Source: Lachnospiraceae bacterium (lineage in GTDB: Bacteria; Bacillota; Clostridia; Lachnospirales; Lachnospiraceae). Taken from it: a stretch of 64,000 nucleotides of DNA. The stretch covers positions 2,753 through 66,752 of the forward strand of contig JAQVCT010000012.1 in NCBI GenBank assembly GCA_028689655.1, in the 5' to 3' direction. Below the pieces are notes generated by a model. That model was not told the DNA's origin. It saw only the letters and a program-made list of their open reading frames with translations, and searched no databases. Shown here piece by piece: positions 33,000 through 42,819 of this stretch. How positions within the stretch are numbered: position 1 is the first letter of the stretch; the number at the start of each line of letters is the position of its first letter. A program made the position numbers and the translations under genes.

Positions 33000-35351
33000 G
33001 TGAAAACAAATATAGTACAGGGAACGACCTATCGTATCACAGTGCTGACAGAGCGCCTGATACGCTTGGAATATGACGCTGAGGGAATCTTCGAGGATAG
33101 AAAGACACAGACGGTACAGGACAGAGACTTTGAAGAGGTATCCTTTCGCGTGAATGAAAGTGCAGAAAGTCTGGAGATCACCACCTCCTATTTACATCTG
33201 ATCTACGATAAGAAAATATTTTCAAGAAACGGACTCTCCATAGAGGTCAATGGCAACTTGAGTGCCTATCACAGCAAATGGATCTATGGGGAGGAAATAC
33301 ATGATTTACTGGGGACAGCCAGGACATTGGATGAGGCGGACGGAGCAATTCCGCTGGATCACGGTATCCTGTCCAGGGATGGCTATGCACTGCTGGATGA
33401 CAGCAAGTCGCTGATCCTCACGGAGGATAACTGGGTAGAGGCACGGAGAAAAGATGTGAAGGATCTCTATTTCTGGGGATATGGACATGCATACCAGGAA
33501 GCATTGGATGATTATCATAAACTGACGGGAAAGACCCCCATGCTGCCAAGATATGCCCTTGGAAACTGGTGGAGCAGATACTATGCCTATACGGAAGAAA
33601 GCTATATGGAATTGATGGAACGTTTTTCCCAGGAAGGGATTCCCTTTACCGTTGCAGTCATAGATATGGATTGGCATCTGGTGGATATTGATCCCAAATA
33701 TGGCAGCGGCTGGACAGGATTTACATGGAATACGGAGCTTTTCCCGGATCCAAAGCGATTCCTGGCATGGCTGCATGAACGGGGCATGAAAGTTACTTTG
33801 AATCTTCATCCGGCATCGGGTATTCGGGCACATGAGAAGATGTATCGAGAGATGGCGGAGAAGCTGGGCATTGATTATGAGCATGAGGAGCCCATCGCCT
33901 ACGATGTGACTGACCCGGCATTTTTAAATACATATTTTGACTTAGTGAGTCATCCTTATGAAAAGGAAGGCGTTGATTTCTGGTGGCTGGACTGGCAACA
34001 GGAAAGTACCTCACGGATAGAAGGACTTGATCCTCTGTGGATGATCAATCATTTCTATTACCGGGATAACGGAAGAGATGGAAAAAGAGCGCTGACTTTT
34101 TCCAGATATGCAGGACCGGGAAGCCACAGATACCCCGTTGGCTTTTCAGGAGATTCCATCATCACCTGGGAATCTTTACAGTTCCAGCCTTATTTCACAG
34201 TGAATGCTTCCAATATCGGCTACGGATGGTGGAGCAATGATATCGGCGGACATATGAGGGGGATCAAGGATGAAGAGATGGCAGGAAGATGGCTGCAATT
34301 TGGTGTATTTTCACCCATTATGAGACTGCACAGCTCCAAGAGCATTTTCAATGGAAAAGAGCCCTGGAGGTATGGCGTGGAGATTCAACAGATGATGAAC
34401 CGTTTCCTGCGCCTGCGTCATGAGATGATGCCATACCTATATACGATGAATTATCTCACGTACCAGCAAAATCAATCCTTACTGCGTCCCATGTACTATG
34501 AATATCCGGAGGAAGAGTGTGCGTATTCGGTACCTAATGAATATTTCTTTGGCACGGAACTCATCGCCATACCCATCACCACACCACAGATTCCGAAGTA
34601 TCATAAGGCGAAAGTAAAGGGCTGGATTCCTGAGGGTGAGTACATTGATATCTTCAATGGAAGACGATATAGGGGAGATAGAATGATGACTTTCTACCGA
34701 AGCATTGATACATTTCCGGTACTGGCAAAGGTGGGAAGTATCCTGCCTATGACGGAGGAGATCATGGATGGAAAAGTGCTTCAGAATCCGGAGAAACTGG
34801 TCTTACAGGTATTTACCGGAGGAGATGGCAGTTTTACCCTCTATGAGGATGACAATGAATCCATGGAGTATCAGAGGGGCGATGGAGTGACCACGCAGAT
34901 GCAGTTGATCTGGGGGACTAACCCGGTACTTACCATAGAGTCTGCAAAAGGAAATCGGGATCTCCTGCCGAAAGAACGGGATTATGAGATTCGATTTATC
35001 GGCTGTGGGGACGGGGAGGTGGAACTCATGGTGGGAGATATGAATGTACCCGTGGAAAAGATCTTCCAGGACCAGAAGGATACCTGTATCGTGAAATTAT
35101 CCCGGATACCAATAGACAAAAACGTGGTGATTCGCTGGAGTACGGAGATACATACCACGGAGAACCACACGGAAGCAGAGATTTACCAGTTCCTGAATCG
35201 CGCAGAGATATCTTTTACACAAAAGGAACGAATCTTCCAGCTGGTGCAGGAGAATCTTACGAATAAGAGTATCCTGTTGAGTAAACTTATGGCGGAGGAA
35301 CTGGAGGAAGATCTGCTGCAGATTCTCAGTGAGTATATCTGTGCTATATAA
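33000..35351 (+). CDS. Glycoside hydrolase family 31 (alpha-glucosidase / alpha-xylosidase type)
   Basis: 783 aa with a GTG start after AAAAGGAGAAGAGG. Motifs VAVIDMDWH, GVDFWWLDWQQ and GFSGDSIITW are typical of GH31 catalytic barrels. Confidence 0.8.
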   Translation: MKTNIVQGTTYRITVLTERLIRLEYDAEGIFEDRKTQTVQDRDFEEVSFRVNESAESLEITTSYLHLIYDKKIFSRNGLSIEVNGNLSAYHSKWIYGEEIHDLLGTARTLDEADGAIPLDHGILSRDGYALLDDSKSLILTEDNWVEARRKDVKDLYFWGYGHAYQEALDDYHKLTGKTPMLPRYALGNWWSRYYAYTEESYMELMERFSQEGIPFTVAVIDMDWHLVDIDPKYGSGWTGFTWNTELFPDPKRFLAWLHERGMKVTLNLHPASGIRAHEKMYREMAEKLGIDYEHEEPIAYDVTDPAFLNTYFDLVSHPYEKEGVDFWWLDWQQESTSRIEGLDPLWMINHFYYRDNGRDGKRALTFSRYAGPGSHRYPVGFSGDSIITWESLQFQPYFTVNASNIGYGWWSNDIGGHMRGIKDEEMAGRWLQFGVFSPIMRLHSSKSIFNGKEPWRYGVEIQQMMNRFLRLRHEMMPYLYTMNYLTYQQNQSLLRPMYYEYPEEECAYSVPNEYFFGTELIAIPITTPQIPKYHKAKVKGWIPEGEYIDIFNGRRYRGDRMMTFYRSIDTFPVLAKVGSILPMTEEIMDGKVLQNPEKLVLQVFTGGDGSFTLYEDDNESMEYQRGDGVTTQMQLIWGTNPVLTIESAKGNRDLLPKERDYEIRFIGCGDGEVELMVGDMNVPVEKIFQDQKDTCIVKLSRIPIDKNVVIRWSTEIHTTENHTEAEIYQFLNRAEISFTQKERIFQLVQENLTNKSILLSKLMAEELEEDLLQILSEYICAI

Positions 35352-35925
35352 ATTCCTTTAGTACCTGATAAACATGGGCTGCCGGGAGGCCGACTACGTT
35401 ATTATAATCGCCGTTTATCTTCTCAATAAAGGCGGCACAGGCGCCCTGAATCCCGTAGGCACCAGCCTTATCCAAGGGATCTCCGGTGGCAATATAAGCA
35501 AGAATCTCAGTATCTGACATGGGATACATGGTGACTTCGGTCAACTCTGTAAAGGTCAGAATCTGGGGTTCTTTTTGCGTGCGGATCAAAGTGACACCGG
35601 TGTACACCTGATGAGTCCTGCCCTGGAGAGCCTTTAACATGCGAAAGGCGTCCGGTTCATCTTTTGGTTTTCCCATGATCTGTGCGTCCAGGGCTACAAT
35701 GGTGTCCGCTCCCAATATGATCTGTTCCGTTCCAATGAAGCGGGGAAGGGATGCGATCTCCGTGGCTTTTTGCAGGGATAGCTGTGATACCACGTCAGGT
35801 GGAAAAATCTGATCGGTAAGTTCCTCCCCTTTTGCAGGCAGTACCTCAAAGGAAATGCCAATCTGTGTCAGCAGTTCACGCCTTCTGGGGGAGCCGGAGG
35901 CGAGGATGATCTTTGGAATACTCAT
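35344..35925 (-). CDS. maf: Maf-family nucleoside triphosphate pyrophosphatase
   Basis: ILASGSPRRRELL, GADTIV and KAGAYGIQG are Maf signatures. Confidence 0.85.
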   Translation of the reverse strand: MSIPKIILASGSPRRRELLTQIGISFEVLPAKGEELTDQIFPPDVVSQLSLQKATEIASLPRFIGTEQIILGADTIVALDAQIMGKPKDEPDAFRMLKALQGRTHQVYTGVTLIRTQKEPQILTFTELTEVTMYPMSDTEILAYIATGDPLDKAGAYGIQGACAAFIEKINGDYNNVVGLPAAHVYQVLKEFI

Positions 35926-36194
35926 GTAATAGTCCTTTCTAAAAACGAAGTTTGAATCAATAAGAATAAAATATCAATTATCATAAAGGATACAGGGAAA
36001 CGGAAAGGAAAGCAAGAGAGAAGAACGATAATGGAAATTCTTTTCTTCTTATCTTATTATTTTATTATGAAGCATTACTGTTTACATTTATTTACATCAC
36101 AGGAACATTTTAATAGGAAGAAACGGAATATAAAAAGTACATGTTAAGAAAGCGTAAAAAAATAAATTTTTAGCTATGATATTTTGAAAATATA

Positions 36195-36203
36195 TGTTAT
36201 AAT
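36195..36203 (+). promoter_or_regulatory. Extended -10 promoter element (TGtTATAAT) upstream of the decarboxylase operon
   Basis: tgttataat at 36195-36203, about 90 nt upstream of the first gene. It is followed by a leader hairpin gcgggaaca...tgttcccgc. Confidence 0.35.
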
Positions 36204-36291
36204 CCTCTAGGTACGCGGGAACAGTGCATTCTATGGATTGTTCCCGCAAAAAAAGTTATTTTTTATTTTAATATAAAATGGAGGGCTAAAA

Positions 36292-37725
36292 ATGAGTACT
36301 ACTTCAACAAGCTTGGCGAGTCAAAGAATAGCAGCTTTACTCGATGAAAACAGTTTCGTTGAGATCGGAGCACTTGTGACTGCAAGAGCAACAGATTTTA
36401 ACATGAAACAAAACGAAACTCCAGCCGACGGTGTTGTAACCGGATACGGAGTGATTGACGGCAATCTCGTTTATGTATACAGCCAGGACGTAAGTGTTTT
36501 GAACGGTTCTGTTGGTGAGATGCATGCGAAAAAAATTGCAAACCTCTATGATCTGGCACTGAAAACTGGAGCACCAGTGATCGGTCTTATCGAGTCTGCC
36601 GGACTTAGATTACAGGAAGCAACAGACGCTCTGAACGGATTTGGTGAAATCTATTTAAAACAGACGATGGCTTCAGGTGTGATTCCACAGATTACAGCAA
36701 TCTTTGGTTCATGCGGTGGTGGATTAGCATTGATCCCTACTTTGACAGACTTTACTTTCATGGAAGGAAGCAAAGCAAAATTATTCGTAAATGCACCAAA
36801 CGCATTGGAAGGAAATGAAATTTCAAAATGTGACACTTCAAGCGCTGATTTCCAGAGTGAGAATGGTGTGGTAGATGTTGTTGCAGATGAAGCAACGATC
36901 ATGACACAGATTCGTCAGTTAGTAGATCTGCTTCCAGAGAACAACGAAGATGACGCATCTTACGATGAGTGCACAGATGATCTGAACAGAGCATCCGCAG
37001 AGCTTGCTAACTGTGTGGGAGATACCTCCATCGCACTTTCTACTATTTCAGATGACAATATTTTCTTCGAAATAAAAGAAAACTACGCAAAAGATATGGT
37101 GACAGGATTTATCAAATTAAACGGTATGACTGTTGGTGCTGTTGCAAACCGTACTGAAGTATACAATGCGGAGGGCGAAGTGACAGACAAGTTTGATGCA
37201 GTGTTATCCGTAAAAGGATGCCGCAAAGCAGCAGATTTCATCAATTTCTGTGATGCATTTGAGATCCCTGTGTTGACACTGACAAACGTAAAAGGATATG
37301 AAGCTACAAAATGTTCTGAGAAGAATATTGCTGTTGCAGCAGCACGTCTTACATATGCATTTGCAAATGCTACAGTTCCTAAAGTAAACGTTGTGATTGG
37401 AAAAGCTTACGGAAGTGCTTACGTAGCTATGAATTCAAAAGCAATCGGTGCAGACATCACAATGGCTTGGCCTACAGCAGAGATCGGTTCCATGGATGCT
37501 AAATTAGCAGCTAAGATCATGTACGAAGGACAGGGCGCTGATGTGATCGATGAAAAAGCAGCTGAATATGCAGCACTTCAGACAAGTGTTACAAGCGCAG
37601 CTAAGAGAGGATATGTAGATCAGATTATTGAAGCAGCAGATACAAGAAAGTATGTGATCGGTGCTTTCGAAATGTTGTTTTCAAAGAGAGAAGATCGTCC
37701 AAGCAAAAAACACGGCACGATCTAG
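36292..37725 (+). CDS. Acyl-CoA carboxyltransferase subunit (divergent MmdA/GcdA/12S-like)
   Basis: Collinear with methylmalonyl-CoA decarboxylase alpha as I recall it: LLDENSFVEIG, GVVTGYGVIDG, GEMHAKKI, GVIPQI, FINFCDAFEIPV, KKHGTI. The conserved Gly-rich loops are altered (AGLRLQE, GSCGGGLA). Confidence 0.75.
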   Translation: MSTTSTSLASQRIAALLDENSFVEIGALVTARATDFNMKQNETPADGVVTGYGVIDGNLVYVYSQDVSVLNGSVGEMHAKKIANLYDLALKTGAPVIGLIESAGLRLQEATDALNGFGEIYLKQTMASGVIPQITAIFGSCGGGLALIPTLTDFTFMEGSKAKLFVNAPNALEGNEISKCDTSSADFQSENGVVDVVADEATIMTQIRQLVDLLPENNEDDASYDECTDDLNRASAELANCVGDTSIALSTISDDNIFFEIKENYAKDMVTGFIKLNGMTVGAVANRTEVYNAEGEVTDKFDAVLSVKGCRKAADFINFCDAFEIPVLTLTNVKGYEATKCSEKNIAVAAARLTYAFANATVPKVNVVIGKAYGSAYVAMNSKAIGADITMAWPTAEIGSMDAKLAAKIMYEGQGADVIDEKAAEYAALQTSVTSAAKRGYVDQIIEAADTRKYVIGAFEMLFSKREDRPSKKHGTI

Positions 37726-37742
37726 AAAGGGTGATTTTTAAA

Positions 37743-38528
37743 ATGAAAAAATTCTTAACAGTTTTATGTATGATTACCTGTATCTTTGGATTAACAGCAT
37801 GTGGTACACAGAAAGAAAATATGAGTTTTGATAAAGCAGAGGTTGAATCCATCAGCCAGATGGTATATCAGAATGTTTGCATGGATAATGCAGCAGATGC
37901 AGCAGCTCAGCTTCAGGCAATGGATGAGGATGAACTTGCACAGGTCGAAGCTTTATTCAAACAATACAATATTAAAATCAAAGGTGATGTATTAGCGTCA
38001 GCATTATCTTCCTATGTATCAGCACAGGAGGAAATTGGAACCTTATCAGATGTTCAGAAATATGACATCATAGCAGACAAAGATTCCTTAGATGTTAAGA
38101 TGCTGGTAAAAGGTGAGAAACACGATGCAGAGCTTGAAATCCTATTTGATGACAAGATGAATGTGACAAGTGTTGTAGTAAACCCTCAGTATTCATTTGC
38201 AGAGAAAATGGAAAAAGCAGCTTTAAATACTCTTATGGGTATGGGAACTGTATTCTGTGTATTGATCCTGATCAGCCTGATCATTTCATGCTTTACTTTC
38301 ATTCCAAAGATTCAAGAAGCATTTTCTAAGAAGAAGGAAGATGCCAAAGCGGAAGCAGTTGACAACACAATTGCCCAGATTATTGAAAAAGAAGAACTGT
38401 CAGATGATTCTGAACTGGTAGCAGTTATCGCAGCAGCGATTGCGGCAAGCGAAGGCGCAGCATCTACAGACGGATTCGTAGTTCGTTCCATTAAAAGAGC
38501 CAATACAAAGAAATGGCAGAACGCATAG
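37743..38528 (+). CDS. Lipoprotein-like domain fused to an OadG-type decarboxylase small subunit
   Basis: N-terminal signal and lipobox MKKFLTVLCMITCIFGLTACGT. A C-terminal TM (transmembrane) segment MGMGTVFCVLILISLIISCF is followed by VAVIAAAIAASEG, which is OadG-like. An alternative GTG start lies at 37731. Confidence 0.55.
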   Translation: MKKFLTVLCMITCIFGLTACGTQKENMSFDKAEVESISQMVYQNVCMDNAADAAAQLQAMDEDELAQVEALFKQYNIKIKGDVLASALSSYVSAQEEIGTLSDVQKYDIIADKDSLDVKMLVKGEKHDAELEILFDDKMNVTSVVVNPQYSFAEKMEKAALNTLMGMGTVFCVLILISLIISCFTFIPKIQEAFSKKKEDAKAEAVDNTIAQIIEKEELSDDSELVAVIAAAIAASEGAASTDGFVVRSIKRANTKKWQNA

Positions 38529-38560
38529 TATATTTAATTTAAATTACAGGAGGATTCAAA

Positions 38561-38929
38561 ATGAAAAATTATACAATTACCGTAAATGGCAACGTATATG
38601 ATGTAGTAGTAGAAGAAGGAGCATCTACAGGCGCAACAACAGCAGCTCCTAAAGCAGCACCAAAGGCAGCTCCTAAAGCAGCAGCTCCAGCAGCAAAAGC
38701 AGCAGGTGCAGCAGGAAGCCTTAAGATCGAAGCTGGTGCAGCTGGTAAGGTATTCAAATTAGAAGCAAGCGTAGGACAGGCAGTGAAAGCTGGAGATACA
38801 GTAGTAGTTCTGGAAGCAATGAAAATGGAAATCCCAGTTGTTGCTCCTCAGGACGGTACAGTAGCAAGCATTGACGTAGCAGTTGGTGATCCTGTTGAAG
38901 CAGGTGCTTTACTTGCAACCTTAAACTAA
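38561..38929 (+). CDS. Biotin carboxyl carrier protein (decarboxylase gamma / 1.3S-like subunit)
   Basis: Ala/Pro/Lys-rich linker and biotinylation motif LEAMKMEIPV. 122 aa. Confidence 0.85.
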   Translation: MKNYTITVNGNVYDVVVEEGASTGATTAAPKAAPKAAPKAAAPAAKAAGAAGSLKIEAGAAGKVFKLEASVGQAVKAGDTVVVLEAMKMEIPVVAPQDGTVASIDVAVGDPVEAGALLATLN

Positions 38930-39018
38930 AGTCAAGTGAAGCCTGGACTTTTTTCCATAAGCCCTTGCACACAACGGGAGAACAATTCCCAAAACAATAA
39001 TCATGGGAGGTCAAAAAA

Positions 39019-40170
39019 ATGTCTTATGTAGCAAATACATTAAGTAACTTATTGCATCAGACAGCTTTCTTCAATTTAACTTGGGGAAACTACATTATGA
39101 TTGCAGTAGCTTGCTTGTTCCTTTATTTAGCAATTGCAAAAGATTACGAACCATTACTTCTGGTTCCCATCGCTTTTGGTATGTTGCTTGTAAACATTTA
39201 TCCGGATATTATGCTTCACGCTGATGAGTCAGCAAATGGCGTCGGAGGTTTACTGTATTATTTCTATGTTCTGGATGAATGGGCAATCTTGCCATCACTT
39301 ATCTTTATGGGTGTTGGTGCGATGACTGACTTCGGTCCGTTGATTGCCAATCCCAAAAGTTTCTTATTAGGTGCTGCAGCACAGTTCGGTATCTTTGCAG
39401 CATACTTTGGTGCAATCGCACTTGGATTTAATGATAAAGCAGCAGCAGCTGTATCTATCATTGGTGGAGCAGATGGCCCTACATCAATCTTCCTGGCTGG
39501 TAAGTTAGGTCAGACAAGTATCTTAGGACCAATCGCAGTAGCGGCATATTCCTATATGTCACTGGTTCCTATTATCCAGCCACCTATTATGAAATTATTA
39601 ACAACGGAAAAAGAAAGAAAAATCAAGATGGGTCAGCTACGTCCAGTATCCAAACTTGAGAAAATCTTATTCCCAATTCTTGTTACCATCGTTGTATGTC
39701 TGATTCTTCCTACAACAGCACCATTGGTTGGTATGTTGATGCTCGGTAACTTATTCAGAGAATCAGGAGTAGTTAGACAGCTTACAGATACAGCTAGTAA
39801 CGCACTTATGTACATCGTAGTTATCTTACTAGGTACATCCGTTGGTGCTACTACGAGTGCAGAAGCATTCCTGAACATGGCGACCATCAAGATCGTTGTT
39901 CTTGGTCTGATCGCATTCTGTTTTGGTACTGCCGCAGGTGTATTATTTGGTAAACTAATGTGTGTTGTTACACACGGTCAGGTGAACCCATTGATCGGCT
40001 CCGCTGGTGTATCAGCCGTTCCTATGGCTGCCAGAGTATCACAAAAAGTTGGTGCAGAAGCAGATCCTACAAACTTCTTACTTATGCATGCGATGGGACC
40101 TAACGTAGCAGGTGTTATCGGTACAGCAGTAGCAGCCGGAACATTCATGGCTATTTTCGGAGTCATGTAA
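39019..40170 (+). CDS. Na+-translocating decarboxylase beta subunit (OadB/MmdB/GcdB family)
   Basis: 383-aa polytopic membrane protein. Motifs [28 protein letters not shown] and [13 protein letters not shown] are typical of the family. Confidence 0.85.
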   Translation: MSYVANTLSNLLHQTAFFNLTWGNYIMIAVACLFLYLAIAKDYEPLLLVPIAFGMLLVNIYPDIMLHADESANGVGGLLYYFYVLDEWAILPSLIFMGVGAMTDFGPLIANPKSFLLGAAAQFGIFAAYFGAIALGFNDKAAAAVSIIGGADGPTSIFLAGKLGQTSILGPIAVAAYSYMSLVPIIQPPIMKLLTTEKERKIKMGQLRPVSKLEKILFPILVTIVVCLILPTTAPLVGMLMLGNLFRESGVVRQLTDTASNALMYIVVILLGTSVGATTSAEAFLNMATIKIVVLGLIAFCFGTAAGVLFGKLMCVVTHGQVNPLIGSAGVSAVPMAARVSQKVGAEADPTNFLLMHAMGPNVAGVIGTAVAAGTFMAIFGVM

Positions 40171-40194
40171 AAATTATAATAGGAGGATATGTAA

Positions 40195-41622
40195 ATGTCA
40201 GAAATAGTTAAAAAACCAATTGGAATTACAGAGACAATCTTACGTGATGCGCATCAATCATTGATCGCTACCAGAATGCCTACTGAATTAATGCTTCCAA
40301 TCGTGGATAAAATGGATAAAGTTGGATATCACTCAGTAGAATGCTGGGGTGGTGCAACATTTGATGCTTCTCTTCGTTTCTTAAAAGAAGATCCATGGGA
40401 GCGTCTCAGAAAATTAAGAGATGGCTTCAAAAACACAAAATTACAGATGTTATTCAGAGGTCAGAATATCTTAGGATACAGACCATACGCTGATGACGTT
40501 GTTGATTATTTCGTACAGAAATCAGTATCAAATGGTATTGATATCATCAGAATCTTTGACTGCTTAAATGACCTTCGTAACTTGCAGGAAGCAGTTAACG
40601 CTACAAACAAAGTAAAAGCACAGGAAGGAAGGGGACATGCACAGGTAGCTCTTTCCTATACATTAGGTGATGCTTATACAATGGATTACTGGATGAAAAT
40701 GGCTAAAAATATTGAAGAGATGGGTGCAGATTCTATCTGTATCAAAGATATGGCTGGTCTGTTAGTTCCTTACAAAGCAACTGAGTTAATCACATCTATG
40801 AAACAGGCTACAAAGCTTCCAATACAGTTACATACACACTATACTTCAGGTGTAGCCAGCATGACATACCTGAAAGCTGTTGAAGCTGGTGTTGATGTAA
40901 TCGACTGTGCAATGTCACCATTTGCTATGGGTACATCACAGCCTGCTACAGAAGTAATGGTAGAGACATTCAAGGGAACAGAATATGATCCTGGATATGA
41001 TCAGAAATTACTTGCTGAGATCGCTGATTACTTCAGACCATACAGAGACGAATGTCTTGCTAACGGATTATTAAATCCTAAGGTTATGGGCGTTGATATC
41101 AAGACTTTATTATACCAGGTACCAGGTGGTATGTTATCAAACATGGTTAGCCAGTTGAAAGAGCAGAATGCTGAAGATAAATATTATGATGTATTAAGAG
41201 AAATCCCGGCAGTTCGTAAAGATCTCGGTGAGCCACCACTTGTTACACCATCTTCACAGATCGTTGGTACACAGGCTGTATTTAATGTACTGATGGGTGA
41301 GAGATATAAGATGGCAACTGACCAGACAAAAGACGTATTGCGTGGAAAATATGGTCAGACTGTAAAACCTATGAACCAGGAAGTAATTGATAAGGTTATT
41401 CCAGGGGAAGAGAGAATCACATGTCGTCCAGCCGATCTGATTGAGAACGAATTAGATAAACTTGAAGGTGAGATGAAAGAATGGAAACAGCAGGATGAGG
41501 ACGTATTATCATACGCATTATTCCCACAGGTTGCTACAGACTTCTTCAAATATCGTCAGGCACAGCAGGAAAAAGTTGACATGACACAGGCAGATACCAA
41601 AAACGGAGCATATCCAGTTTAA
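40195..41622 (+). CDS. Oxaloacetate decarboxylase alpha / transcarboxylase 5S-type carboxyltransferase, without a biotinyl domain
   Basis: ITETILRDAHQSL, ECWGGATFD and IKDMAGLL are OadA/PycB/5S motifs. The protein is 475 aa and ends without an AMKM biotin domain. Confidence 0.85.
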   Translation: MSEIVKKPIGITETILRDAHQSLIATRMPTELMLPIVDKMDKVGYHSVECWGGATFDASLRFLKEDPWERLRKLRDGFKNTKLQMLFRGQNILGYRPYADDVVDYFVQKSVSNGIDIIRIFDCLNDLRNLQEAVNATNKVKAQEGRGHAQVALSYTLGDAYTMDYWMKMAKNIEEMGADSICIKDMAGLLVPYKATELITSMKQATKLPIQLHTHYTSGVASMTYLKAVEAGVDVIDCAMSPFAMGTSQPATEVMVETFKGTEYDPGYDQKLLAEIADYFRPYRDECLANGLLNPKVMGVDIKTLLYQVPGGMLSNMVSQLKEQNAEDKYYDVLREIPAVRKDLGEPPLVTPSSQIVGTQAVFNVLMGERYKMATDQTKDVLRGKYGQTVKPMNQEVIDKVIPGEERITCRPADLIENELDKLEGEMKEWKQQDEDVLSYALFPQVATDFFKYRQAQQEKVDMTQADTKNGAYPV

Positions 41623-41681
41623 TATTTGTTGTATGTTTATGCAATAAACGTACAACAGGAAGTCGCTTGTCGGCTGAAAAA

Positions 41682-41718
41682 AGAACTTACAAGTTTAAAT
41701 GCTTGTAAGTTCTTTTTT
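41682..41718 (+). terminator. Rho-independent terminator of the decarboxylase operon
   Basis: agaacttacaag - 8-nt loop - cttgtaagttct, followed by TTTTT. Confidence 0.8.
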
Positions 41719-41784
41719 ATGGTATGATATCATTAAATAGGAGCGGTTATAAGAAACAGCCACGGCTTTCTTCAAAAGAAAACC

Positions 41785-42126
41785 TTATTTACTGTTTTTC
41801 TCATCCGGTGTGGCACTCTCTTCATTTTTAATCTCCCAGTGAATCAGGAAAGTAAGCAATGCTCTTAATGAGATGATACTTGCCACAATAAAAATTTCTT
41901 TAAATTCTCTGACAACGACAGTCCTCAGAATCTCACTTCCCAGCTTGAATTCCAATCCCATAGCCATACCCTTTGCCAGATTCAGACGGGTCACAGGGGA
42001 ACAGTGCACATATTCCCAGATTCCCCGAAGACAGGCGATGATGATAATAATTACACCCGTGTATTCAAAGAGAAGTATGGCATATTCAATAATAATATTT
42101 AGTATCTGATTTAAAATTTCTGTCAT
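41785..42126 (-). CDS. DUF1622-type small membrane protein
   Basis: ATG at 42126 lies 7 nt after AGGAG. There are hydrophobic helices and a KGMAMGLEFKLGSEILRTV block, as in DUF1622. Confidence 0.6.
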   Translation of the reverse strand: MTEILNQILNIIIEYAILLFEYTGVIIIIIACLRGIWEYVHCSPVTRLNLAKGMAMGLEFKLGSEILRTVVVREFKEIFIVASIISLRALLTFLIHWEIKNEESATPDEKNSK

Positions 42127-42276
42127 TTGAGAGCTCCTGTTCAAGTAAAGTATTTTAATTGTTTTAATGAGAATACAATATGTTTTATATCACTTATTAT
42201 GATGGAAATGTCAGATAAAAGCAAGTATATAGAAATAGAAAATAATTTACAACTATATTTTTGTAACTTATTAACA

Positions 42277-42306
42277 TTGATAAAGTTTCCCATAGAATGA
42301 TATAAT
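42277..42306 (+). promoter_or_regulatory. Sigma-70-type promoter with no annotated gene immediately downstream
   Basis: TTGATA (42277-42282), an 18-nt spacer, then TATAAT (42301-42306). Confidence 0.45.
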
Positions 42307-42451
42307 ATGACCAGATTATAAGGTAAATTGTGTCATAGTTTGAGTATCTAATAGGTGGACGAACACGAAAAGGAAAATGAATTGCGTAAAGTAAAGAAAA
42401 AATTTAATTATATGTAATAACTGTAAAAATACGATTACATATTTAGGTTAC

Positions 42452-42477
42452 AAAAGACCATGCAAATGGTCTTTTTG
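42452..42477. terminator. Small, potentially bidirectional intrinsic terminator
   Basis: aaaagaccat - gcaa - atggtctttt t. An A-tract precedes and a T-tract follows the GC core. Confidence 0.45.
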
Positions 42478-42525
42478 CATATATAGGAGTTAGTGTGATA
42501 AGATATTGGTAAGGAAGGTGATATT

Positions 42526-42819
42526 ATGAATGAAAATGATATGATCAATGAAGTAATCCGACATCTGGATGGACAAGTGCATAAGAACGTTGGCAGGATG
42601 AGCGTGAACTTTACAGATAAGGATACAGAAAAAGAGGTATCTTACAAATGCTGTCATATGTATGGACGCGCTGCTAATGAGACTGTGGGCTTACTGGATA
42701 TGTATACAGATAGCTGCGTGAATCAACCGGATAATGAATATCAGAGCAAAGAAAAAATGAAACAAAACGATACAAAACAAAATAAACAAAATAAACAAAA
42801 AATGAAAAATGAAAAATGA
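42526..42819 (+). CDS. Hypothetical 97-aa protein with a Lys/Asn/Gln-rich tail
   Basis: RBS AAGGAAGG 7 nt upstream of the ATG. I recognise no family. The C-terminal tail is encoded by low-complexity A-rich repeats. Confidence 0.4.
   Translation: MNENDMINEVIRHLDGQVHKNVGRMSVNFTDKDTEKEVSYKCCHMYGRAANETVGLLDMYTDSCVNQPDNEYQSKEKMKQNDTKQNKQNKQKMKNEK

Noticed and set aside
36209-36250. Hairpin gcgggaaca...tgttcccgc as a terminator for maf or the decarboxylase operon
   Set aside because: The A-tract follows the stem on the plus strand, so on the minus strand the T-tract precedes it. It therefore cannot act as an intrinsic terminator in either direction. It is probably a 5'-UTR stem.
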